64,000 nucleotides of DNA from the NCBI GenBank assembly GCA_015680685.1, contig MNCI01002010.1, positions 230,381-294,380 of the forward strand. The letters are read 5' to 3'. This DNA is from Gnetum montanum (lineage: Eukaryota; Plantae; Gnetophyta). Each line of letters starts with the position of its first letter. The stretch's first letter is position 1. The position numbers and the translations under genes are program-made. Positions 11,661 to 21,903 of the stretch are shown piece after piece. The notes beneath the pieces were generated by a model. The model saw nothing but the letters and a program-made list of their open reading frames with translations. It was not told the DNA's origin and did not search any database.

Positions 11661-14600
11661 ATGACCAAGAAATTTCATAGTTTGGAAAGTTTCAAAGTTT
11701 CAAAGGATATTCTAGATTCTAAGAATGATTCTTCATCGGAAGAAGAACAAAGGAAATTTTCTAAATTGGGAACAAGTAGCGGAGTGAAAACTAGAAGATC
11801 AAGAAGATCACCCATTATCTCTGGTTTGTCAATTCATAAGAGAAGATCTAGAAAGTCTAAGAGTTCAATATTTCAAAGGTATAGAATGGCAAATCCTTGG
11901 CAAGGAGTTAGACCATTAGGATTTCAAAATTACAATGGTATTCCTAAGGTAGTTTACAAATATTTTCCTGAGCCTTTCATTCCTAGAAAAGCNTGCAAAT
12001 TCATTGAAACTTAATATTGAAATCTCTAATTGANNNNNNNNNNNNNNNNNNNNNNNNNNNNNNNNNNNNNNNNNNNNNNNNNNNNNNNNNNNNNNNNNNN
12101 NNNNNNNNNNNNNNNNNNNNNNNNNNNNNNNNNNNNNNNNNNNNNNNNNNNNNNNNNNNNNNNNNNNNNNNNNNNNNNNNNNNNNNNNNNNNNNNNNNNN
12201 NNNNNNNNNNNNNNNNNNCATGAAAGAGTAGGATCTGAAAAAGGACAATTAATGAGAGATATGTCTAACAAAATAGTGAAGCTTGAAAAAGCTTTGGCAA
12301 GAGTTAATATCAAGGAAGAAAGGAAAAGTAGAAAGCATAAACATCAAGACACTAAGTTAGTGGAAGATGAGGATGAAAGTGATCTTATTATGTCCAACTT
12401 TCTTGATATTGAATCTGATAACGAGTTATCTAGTGTCCACTATGTGAGTATATCTTCTAGCAATGGATCTAGCGATACTTCTTCTCTATCAAGTTCTGAA
12501 GAAGATATATATTCAGATGAATAGTGTAATAACAATGAGGAAAATGGATATAATCTTCGATCAAAAGAAAGATTAACTACTTCTAGACCTCCAAATGTTA
12601 TTACTAATCCATCTACTAAGAGAAGAGCTTTTGAGCCAAGTAGAAAGGATAAGAATAAAGGTAAATATAATCAAATGGAGCAAAGCACTCCAAATCAGTC
12701 TTTTAATAAATGGATAAAGAGATCAAGTTTTATTGGTGATGGAGAATATGATTTGATAGAAGACCTTAAACATGTCAAATCCAATATCAACCTCTATCAG
12801 TTGCTTCAAATTGGATATCAGCAAAGAAAGGCTTTAGAGTTCATTAAAGGCAAAAGGAGAGCTAAAGAATCAGAGTTAAGTTATGTGTCTAACAATGATG
12901 AAAAGTTAAGGACTTTGTATGACAAGGAAGCTCCTCCTTTCCTTTTGACAATGAAATTAAAGAATAAATACTTACAAAATTGTTTGATTTATTTTGGAGC
13001 CACGTCTACTATAATGCCATTGTCTATATGTAAGAAACTTGGTTTGTTTCCTGAAAAATCAAACAAAAAGATTGTTCAAGTAGATAAAAGTAGAGTGAAG
13101 ATCGTGGGTCAATTACCAAGTGTTCTATTGGAAATTGCTTCTGAACCTCGCATAAGAAGTAGAGTAACTATTCAAGTGGCANNNNNNNNNNNNNNNNNNN
13201 NNNNNNNNNNNNNNNNNNNNNNNNNNNNNNNNNNNNNNNNNNNNNNNNNNNNNNNNNNNNNNNNNNNNNNNNNNNNNNNNNNNNNNNNNNNNNNNNNNNN
13301 NNNNNNNNNNNNNNNNNNNNNNNNNNNNNNNNNNNNNNNNNNNNNNNNNNNNNNNNNNNNNNNNNNNNNNNNNNNNNNNNNNNNNNNNNNNNNNNNNNNN
13401 NNNNNNNNNNNNNNNNNNNNNNNNNNNNNNNNNNNNNNNNNNNNNNNNNNNNNNNNNNNNNNNNNNNNNNNNNNNNNNNNNNNNNNNNNNNNNNNNNNNN
13501 NNNNNNNNNNNNNNNNNNNNNNNNNNNNNNNNNNNNNNNNNNNNNNNNNNNNNNNNNNNNNNNNNNNNNNNNNNNNNNNNNNNNNNNNNNNNNNNNNNNN
13601 NNNNNNNNNNNNNNNNNNNNNNNNNNNNNNNNNNNNNNNNNNNNNNNNNNNNNNNNNNNNNNNNNNNNNNNNNNNNNNNNNNNNNNNNNNNNNNNNNNNN
13701 NNNNNNNNNNNNNNNNNNNNNNNNNNNNNNNNNNNNNNNNNNNNNNNNNNNNNNNNNNNNNNNNNNNNNNNNNNNNNNNNNNNNNNNNNNNNNNNNNAAG
13801 AAAAATTTACTTACTGGAAAAGACATACAAAACCCAGATAAACAAGCTTTTGAGATGGTGAATTTTGGATTAGACAATATGTCGAAGATGTTGAATGTTA
13901 CAAAGGAAGGAGATTCAAATTTCAAGAAAGAGTTGTTAACGTGTCCAAAAATAATGATAGATTCAAAATTGCATTTATTACCAAGTGGGGAACTTTCACT
14001 TACCAAAGAATGCCATTCGGATTGTCGAATGCTGGAGCTACTTTTCAAAGAAGTATTTAATGATTTATTAGGCAAATTCGTGATGGTTTATTTGGATGAT
14101 ATCACAGTATTTTCAAAGAAAAAAGAAGATCATATTGATCATCTTTAGCAAGTTTTCGACAAATGTCGTGAGTTTGGTATTTCATTAAATCCTAAGAAGT
14201 GTATCTTCGGGGTTAAATCTGGAAGTTTATTAGGCCATGTGATATGTCAAGAAGGGATTTCCATAGACAAATCATGAATTCAAGTAGTCCAGAATATTGA
14301 GCATCGCACAAGTAAGAAATCTTTTAGATCTTTCTTTGGGAAGATAAACTTTGTGAAGAAGTTCATCCCCGGGTTTACCGAAATTAGCAAACCTTTGATG
14401 CATATGTTAAAAAAGGATATTCAAGTAGAGAAAACACTAGAATCAGAAAGAGCTTTATTAGAAATTAAAAAGGCTATACAAGAGGCTCCATATTTGGTAA
14501 AGCCAAGACTTAAAGAAGATTTTTGGTTATAATCATTTGCTTCAAATGATTCTATTGCTATTGTTCTAACACAAAAGGATAGTGAAGGTCAAGATGAACC

Positions 14601-16170
14601 AATTGGATTTTTTGGGTATCAGTTGAAAGGTTCAGAGTTAAATTACTCAAACATTGAGAAACAAGCTTTCGCAGTCATCAAGGCACTTCAGCATTTTAAA
14701 TATTATTTGGAGAGTTCATTAGTTCACATTATGCTAATTGAACCTGCAGTCAAGCGATTCCTATCCCAAAATGAGATTGGATTGAAAAGAGGAAAATGAC
14801 TTATAAAGTTGCAAATTTTTATATTTTCATTGGAAATATGCAAGACAATTAAGGGAATGGGACTAGCCAAGTTAATGACTAGAGAAAGTGAAGTTTATAC
14901 ATTTGACACCCATGAAGAGAATTGGTATGATGATATTCTCAAATTTCTTACTATCAGGAAAATCCCAAATAATTTAACTGCAAGTCAAAAGAGAGCTTTC
15001 TTCAAAAGAGCATGAAGATTTGTTGTTAAAGATGGTATATTATATTGAAAGGATTTTCTGGGAGTTTTATTGAAATGTGTTCATAATGATCAAATTAGTT
15101 TCATCTTAGAATAATTTCATGATCATTTGAATCTATTTTATGAATCTCCTAAGTCAACTATGCAACATATACTTAGATATGGATATTACTGGCCTTCCAT
15201 GTATCAAGACATTAGTTCAAAGATTCAAAAATGCTATAAATGTGAAGTTCATGGGCCTAAGATTAAAAGGGCTAGGGCCCCTTTAAAAGCAATAGTTGCG
15301 GATAGACCATTTCAGCAATGGGAATTGGATTTTATTGGTACAATTACTCCTTCAAGAGCTGGACACAAGTTTATTCTCACAACTACTGATTATTTTACTA
15401 AATGGTCTGAAGCAAAGGCTCTAAGAGGAAGTTCAACATCAGACGTGATTAAGTTCCTAGAAGACCACATTCTAAGTAGATTTGGTGTACCTAAAGTGTT
15501 AGTGTTAGACAATGGACCAGCCTTCAAATCCGAGGAGTTTATCAGATGGGCATCTGAAAGATCTATTTTCTTATTTTCCTCATCAAATTATTATCCTCAA
15601 GAAAATGGTTTAGTGGAATCCACTAATAAGAATCTTATTGTTTATATCAAGAAATGAATGGATGGGAATCCATGGAATTGGATCGATTATCTACAATTTG
15701 TGTTATCGTCGGATCGAATTAGATTCAAGAAAGCTATTGGGACATCATCATATAACTTAGTCTATGGTTTACCAGGAAGAATCACAAACAAGATTATAAG
15801 CTCAGATTTTGAATTTATACAAAGATATAGTGAAAAGACTGATAAAGATAGAAGTTTCATGACTTTTCTTATTAAAAGAGAAGCTGAAGTGGATATAGTA
15901 AGGGATAATTTGTCACAGAATACCTCTCAAGTTAAAAGATCGTTTGATAGGAAATCTTTGAAAAGAACTTTCAAAATACGAGACCTTGTCCTATTATGGA
16001 ATATGAAGAAACCAAATAAGCTTACACCGACATGGATTGGTCCCTTTCAGGTCACAACACAAATGTCAGAGGATACCTACAAATTTTCAACCTTGGACGA
16101 CATGGAATTGCAATTTCCATATAATTTTTTGCATATAACACATTATTTGGAACAATTGCATACATCTTGA
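11661..16170 (+). pseudogene. gag-pol: gag-pol polyprotein of nested Tat element (two N gaps, internal RT deletion)
   Basis: PPFLLT..NCLIYFGATSTIMP (PR); AFITKWGTFTY..MPFGL.NAGATF, VYLDD (RT); ELNYS.IEKQAF (RH); GYYWP..CYKC, WELDFIG, LDNG, NGLVESTNK, KLTPTWIGPF (INT). Confidence 0.95.
12034..12218. other. Assembly gap (further gaps at 13182-13797 and 36295-36344)
   Basis: N runs. Confidence 1.
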
Positions 16171-16298
16171 AGATGTCATTACAAAAAAATAATATATGTA
16201 TATAGTATTATGTAAATATTACTAGGATTATAGTGTCCATTATTATATTTAATTATGCTTTATTTATTTTTGAAATATTATCTTTCCTTCAAATGGGG

Positions 16299-16374
16299 CA
16301 AGTGGAAGCCTACAAGTAAAACAAGTGGAATTCTACAAGTGACACAAGTGGAATTTTACAAGTTTGACAAGTGG
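16299..16374 (+). repeat. 23-bp tandem repeat x3.3
   Basis: CAAGTGGAA.Y.TACAAGT.... units at 16299, 16322 and 16345, partial at 16368. Confidence 0.85.
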
Positions 16375-16562
16375 GGAAGGTGACTCATCCACCACTTAGT
16401 GAGGATTATGACAAATGGTTTGAATGCCTAGAAAGAAGGAAGCTTGGTTGGAGACACTCGGATGGAAGTTAAACATTTAGGCACCTATAAAAGGAGGGTT
16501 AGATTGCTTAAGATTTCATCATCTTTCATTTCAAGTTTGGTAGTGAAGATTAGAGAGAGCTA

Positions 16563-17072
16563 ATGGAGTTTAAGAGAGCAATGAGAAAGCCTTTTATTCC
16601 ATATGTGATGGGATGTTGCCCTGAGCATGTATTGAAGGCCTATCTAAAGGCTAAATCTTATGGAGCTCCAAAGGAATGCCCTTTTATGGCTTGGCTATCT
16701 GATGAATTTTCTTTTCTCACATGGGATTTGGATATTGAGTGCAATGTTTGGGGGCGATATCAAGATTGCTCCAAAGAAGAAAAAGAGGAAGAGCCACCAA
16801 CTCATGGAGAGTCATCATGGGAATGGGGAGAAGCTTTGGCCTCTCAAGAGGAAAATGAAGGAGTCAATGAAGAAGAACAAAAGAGCTCTTCCAAACAAGA
16901 AAATGAGGAAAAGGTTGAAGAGAAAGCTCCACTAGATCAAGGTGAGAGCTCCACCAAATAAGAAGATAACAAGACCGGCTATATCACATCAGAAATCTCC
17001 TATGAAAAGGTGAAGGATATGAGAATTCCCACTAGGGTAACCCTCACAATTCAATTTCCATCCCAAGAATAG
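16563..17072 (+). CDS. Sense 3' extra ORF of nested Tat element, unknown function (~169 aa if the TAA at 16959 was originally CAA)
   Basis: 132-aa ORF continues in frame 36 codons past one TAA; Cys-containing N-terminus then acidic/Glu-rich region; TATAAAA at 16486-16492. Confidence 0.55.
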
Positions 17073-17270
17073 TCCGTTGAAGGACTTGATAATGTATATT
17101 TGTTATGTACAGTTTGATTTTCTCCTAGGAATGAGGTTTTTGTTCCATTTCACCTTATTTTAAATGGGAATTTTCCTCAAAAAATATTTCTTCTTGAATG
17201 TAAAAATTTAATGAAAATTTCAAGATGTTTTAGTTTGGGAATGAGGTTGCATAAGCTTATTTAAGTTTGT

Positions 17271-17283
17271 AAGGGGGAAAAAA
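17271..17283 (+). promoter_or_regulatory. Polypurine tract
   Basis: AAGGGGGAAAAAA abutting the 3' LTR TG at 17284. Confidence 0.9.
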
Positions 17284-20200
17284 TGTTGGCACATTTAGCC
17301 ATTCTATGGAATAGAGATATGAGATGGTTGAGATTTTCTGAAATATTACAATACAAATATTTGAAATGGAAAGATATGATTGGGAAAAGTATTGGTTTCT
17401 ATCATTTTTTAAAAAAGAAGAAGAAGAAGAGAAAGAGATGGAAATCACTTAATGGTAACATTAGTATGACACTGGCTCTGTATCTCATGCTAAGAGGTCA
17501 TGTTATACATTTCTCAACATATGGAGATTTTAATGAATTCTCCCATGGACTAAGAGAAGGATGTAAAAAGATAAGCATAAACCATAGCCTTGTTCCAAAG
17601 GGAGGCATTGATTTCTTTTGGGATACATCGTAAAAATTAAACAGAAAATTGAAATTTTTCACTATGGTATGAGCGCAAGGTACCAAGGCATGGTGTGCCT
17701 CTAGAAAGGCCACAGTGTTCACCAGAATTTTGCAGGTCATGATTGAGGGAAACGGTGCAGCAGTGCAGATCATGATTGAAGGCAAAGACCGAGAAGGCGA
17801 CAGAGGCATCAGTGCGACGTTATTCACACATAAAAAGAAACGCAGCTGCGGCAGTCATAAAAATAGAAAAAAAAAAGAGAGGAACAGACATCAACATTTC
17901 ATTTTCTTGGGGGAAAAAAAATCACAAAACATAAGCAATGTTGGCCACCTCTGTGCCAGGTAAACAGGGCCACAAAAACCCCCCTCATTCATTGCCAAAC
18001 CCTGCTGGATTTTGTGCTATTCTGCATGAACAAACCCTTGCGATTCTCAAAAATAAGAAGCTTTGTCATAGCAAGAAGAGCTCTAAGATTTACAAATCAT
18101 CACAAAACCGTGCAGTACAGACGACACAATATTTTTGTGCAGTTGCAAGCCTGGGAACGCATTTCAAAATTGTTTTAGGTGGTAAAAAAAAATAATTGGC
18201 AATCACCAGTTTACCTGCCCTGGAACATGCAATTCAAAAAAAATTATAACCATGCCTGATGCCTCTGATATGACGACGTTTCCTGACACTGCGGCTGAAC
18301 CTTCTCCTGTGCTGGCAGTTACTAGTAACGATTTTTTTGGCCAAAGAGGATATGTCGAATCAGTTGCAGGATCGGTGGCTTTGCCTTTCGGTTCATATTT
18401 CACGTCATTCCAAATTTCAGGATGGAGATTATATTATGTTTCTATGATAAAATCTTAAATCTTAGTGGCACTTATAATTTTAAATTTAAATTAAATTAGA
18501 TTGGGGATCTAAACAAATTACATAATACAGTACATATAGGGTGGAGCCCTGTTTTAGAAAGTGTGCCTTTAGTTATCCCAACTCATAAATATTATTTTAA
18601 AACATTATTATATATAAGTTACCACCCATTAAATTTGCAATATTGATTATCCCATTTAATGTCACATTACATTAAAGTTAGCATAAAATGTTCCTCATTT
18701 TATGCATAACTTCCTAACCCCCTAATCACATAACCTCCTCCTAGCTTGTTGAACAAGTAATCTTCTGATTGGTTAGTCAAATTCCTTGAGAGAGAAGTTA
18801 GGAGAGATATTTTTGAGATATTTTTAGGATTATTTGGAAATTGCAACTTCCCTATACATCACTTAGAAGACTTGACATCTCATTTTGAAGAAGCAAAATA
18901 AAAGGATATATATGTATGGAGTAAGTTGAAAATTATAGCTTGTATTCCTATGTATCTTAAAAATTGTATTTTAAATTTATATTGTAACTACCAAGGCTAC
19001 TTGTCAACTTTTTCTCCCTGGTGGTTGAAACCATCCAAAATTGTTGTAACTTACCTAACTTGTTGGGAAAGTAACCTCCTAACTTGTTGGGCAAGTAATC
19101 TCCTAATTGGTTGGCCAAGTTACTTGGGAGAGAAGTTAGGTGAGATATTTTTGAATATGTAACTTCCCTACCTACCTTGGAACCCTATAAAAAGGCTTCA
19201 AGGGTAAAGGAGGGAAAATATTGGAACACAAGGGGTCTCACACTTGGAAGATTTGTATAGAAGATTTCTTGGATTATGGCTTGCTAGAATAAATATTTCA
19301 GCCTCTTTGTTATGGTCCTGTGAGTTATGCATTTCATTTTTTGTTTTGTTTAAATTTTTTAGCTAGTGGTTTAGATAGTATCATCCTTGGCAATTAACTT
19401 TGGGATTTTTAGATTGTTCTTATTATTTTTGTTGCCCGATAGAAATTTCTATTAAAATTTTACCATAGAAGCACTTGTGTTTAAAAGCCTTAAGAGCATT
19501 TTAGCAGCAAATTTCACTATTGTGCAACATGTGGGAACTGCTATTGGGATTGTTGTAAGAGAGGCTCTATTTGTAGTCACGTCGTTGAACAATTCAGTAG
19601 TTGAGAGGGTTCAGAAAATCTTTGGTATTTTGATCGGACCAGAATAGCTTATTTTTATCTTTAAAGTGAATTCTTATGGTTGTTTAATCAGAAATTGTCA
19701 AGTCCTATAAAGGTTCTATTTGAATGCAATCGTTGACATCTATTATCTAGTCAAAATGGAGTCTCGTACGTGGTAGTTTACGCAGTAATTTTTGGTAGCA
19801 TAATAGGATTGTCTTGAAGATATTGCTTGTTTGAGCTTTGGAAGTTTGAACAATTCGTAGATATTGAATTTGGGATAGCTTTATTGCGAAGTGTTTACTC
19901 GTGTCATTTTACCTTGTTTAAATATTTGAGGTCTACACAAATCTGCTTTCTTTTCTTTTCTGCTTATTTCCATCGAATCTTGCTCTATTTCTAGTTTTCT
20001 TGTGGAACTATCTCTTTCTCTGGGGAAAATTAGGAGTAGATTGCGGAGTTGTGCTCAAATGTTTTTGCAAAATTTTATTTGTTACAAGTAGGTATTATAA
20101 GGACCACGTAGACTAGGTAGTTGAACAAAATAGGAAATTTTCAACAACTCATAGTACTGGGCAAAGTTGGTTGAATCTCTTTAAAGTAAGTCATTTGTAG

Positions 20201-20384
20201 TTCACATACAATGCAATCGTTACATTTCTCACAACCGCACACCGCAACAGCACACACACATACTCACATTAACTACTGAGTCTATTTGGAGGTATCTAGG
20301 CCTTGGTGTTGGCAGAGACCAGCAGGCACCTAAATCCTATTTGAAAACACTCGTTGGTGGTCGTGTCCCAAACGGTCGACAATA
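17284..20384 (+). repeat. 3' LTR (3.1 kb)
   Basis: Colinear with 8404-11503 (4 differences in the first 60 nt); terminal CA mutated to TA. Confidence 0.95.
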
Positions 20385-21028
20385 GCTAGGTAGGAGGAAA
20401 TCATCCTTTATGGTCGCAAAGTTGAGGTCCTGGAAGTCAATGCATAGTTAAATAATTCCATTCTTCTTTGGGACAATGACCATGTTGGATACGCAATTAG
20501 CATAGTCAACAGTCCAAATGAAATGAGCCTGATAGAGTTTGGTGATTTCACTGCGGATGGCCAACGCTACTTCGGGCTTAACCTTATGTGCCTTTTGTTT
20601 CACTGGTCTTAGTTTTGGATTGAGTATGATTTTGTGCTAGACTGTTCGAGGGTCTAGCACAGGCATGTCAGTGTAAGACTAAGCGAATGATTTTATATTT
20701 TCTTTGAGCACTTGTATTATGGCATTGGCGAGTTGCGGGCTCAACAATGTACTTAGTTTTAGGATTTTAACTTCACCATTCGACACAGTAATTGGAATTT
20801 CTGCCAAGGGGCTTTGGTGATGTTATCAATTTTTAGATCCAGAGTCTTTGTCATTTTTTTGAGACAATCTAGTATTTCTTGAGTTGACACAACTAGAGTG
20901 TCGTGTGTGGTTGGACTTAAATCTATAGACTCCATGTTGATTTCCCGTGTAACTGTTCCGTGTAGTCCACTGATAGACGTTGGTGAGAATAATTGCTTGT
21001 TGTCCATGATTTTTTTTGTTCCTTCCAA
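20385..21028 (-). pseudogene. pol: pol N-terminal part (pre-RT and RT N-half) of Ogre-like element
   Basis: FA*SYTDMPVLDP..HKI..RPVKQK..NMVIVPKKNG..LCIDFQDLN..KDDF. Confidence 0.92.
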
Positions 21029-21150
21029 TAAACAATGAGCAATGTCAACAAGGTATTTGGTTACTTTTGGGTGAAAGTAATTTATGTGTTTATGCGTCTA
21101 AACTGGATGAAGGTATGTGATGGTAGGTTATTGTCGTACCCGGACGCATG

Positions 21151-21240
21151 GTAGTTTAAGGGCTTTCCATGCCAATTACGGTAGTTTAAGGCCTTAACAG
21201 GCCATTTGTAGCAGTTTAAGGCCTTATTGGGCCGATTCTA
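21151..21240. repeat. 30-bp repeat x3 (GTAGTTTAAGGCC core)
   Basis: G(T/C)AGTTTAAG at 21151, 21181 and 21211. Confidence 0.8.
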
Positions 21241-21903
21241 GCTTGTTTGTGATGTCTGGCTAATTGTATGTTCATTGTTGTGTGTGAGACTACGAAATGA
21301 GGAATTTTCGCCAGAATGTTTAGTCTGGAAAATAGGAGTTGCTGTGTAGAAGGGTATTGCATGTGGGCAATGTTTATCCTGGTATATCCTTATGTATTTA
21401 ATTTTATTTTATGCTTTGACTAATTATTATATTAATTAATTAATTTATCTGAAGAATCCGCAGCGTATAGAACATGGAGTCTATATATAGGGCCAGCATG
21501 ATGAGCGGATTAGTCAATGGTAGTGCGATTTTGGACTCAGTCCAAGTGTAAACATCCAGTGTGAACCTGTAGAGCTTGAGTGTGAACCAATTTGGCAGCA
21601 TATATCGGGTAGTAGGGATAGGTGCAGCTACGGCATAGCGGTGGAGGTAGGATAACATTAGCAAGATCTTCCGGTATAATCGGTGAGTGAGCGTAAGCAT
21701 AAGGATAAGGGTTCAAACCCCAACATAAACCTTCTTCCTTACATTTTTCTCATGATTTCCATTATTAAGAGGGTCCTCTAGGTTTTTTCATCATGTAGCA
21801 TAAACATAGCATGTAGGATTAAATCTACAGTGTGTAGGATTAAAACCCCAGCATGTAGGATGCAACGTGAGCCTAGTGTGCAGGGTTTAGAGTACACACT
21901 GCG

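Larger units (their letters stand above)
8404..20384 (+). mobile_element. Tat-clade Ty3/gypsy element with 3.1-kb LTRs, nested in the RT of the Ogre-like element
   Basis: Paired LTRs; TSD GCTAA/GCTAG (1 mismatch). Removing it restores host RT KDDFLLPS|IDQLVDSTARHALLSFMDG. PBS, gag-PR-RT-RH-INT and PPT are present. Confidence 0.95.

Noticed and set aside
11916-14075. Long ORFs spanning N runs
   Set aside because: Length is inflated by assembly gaps.
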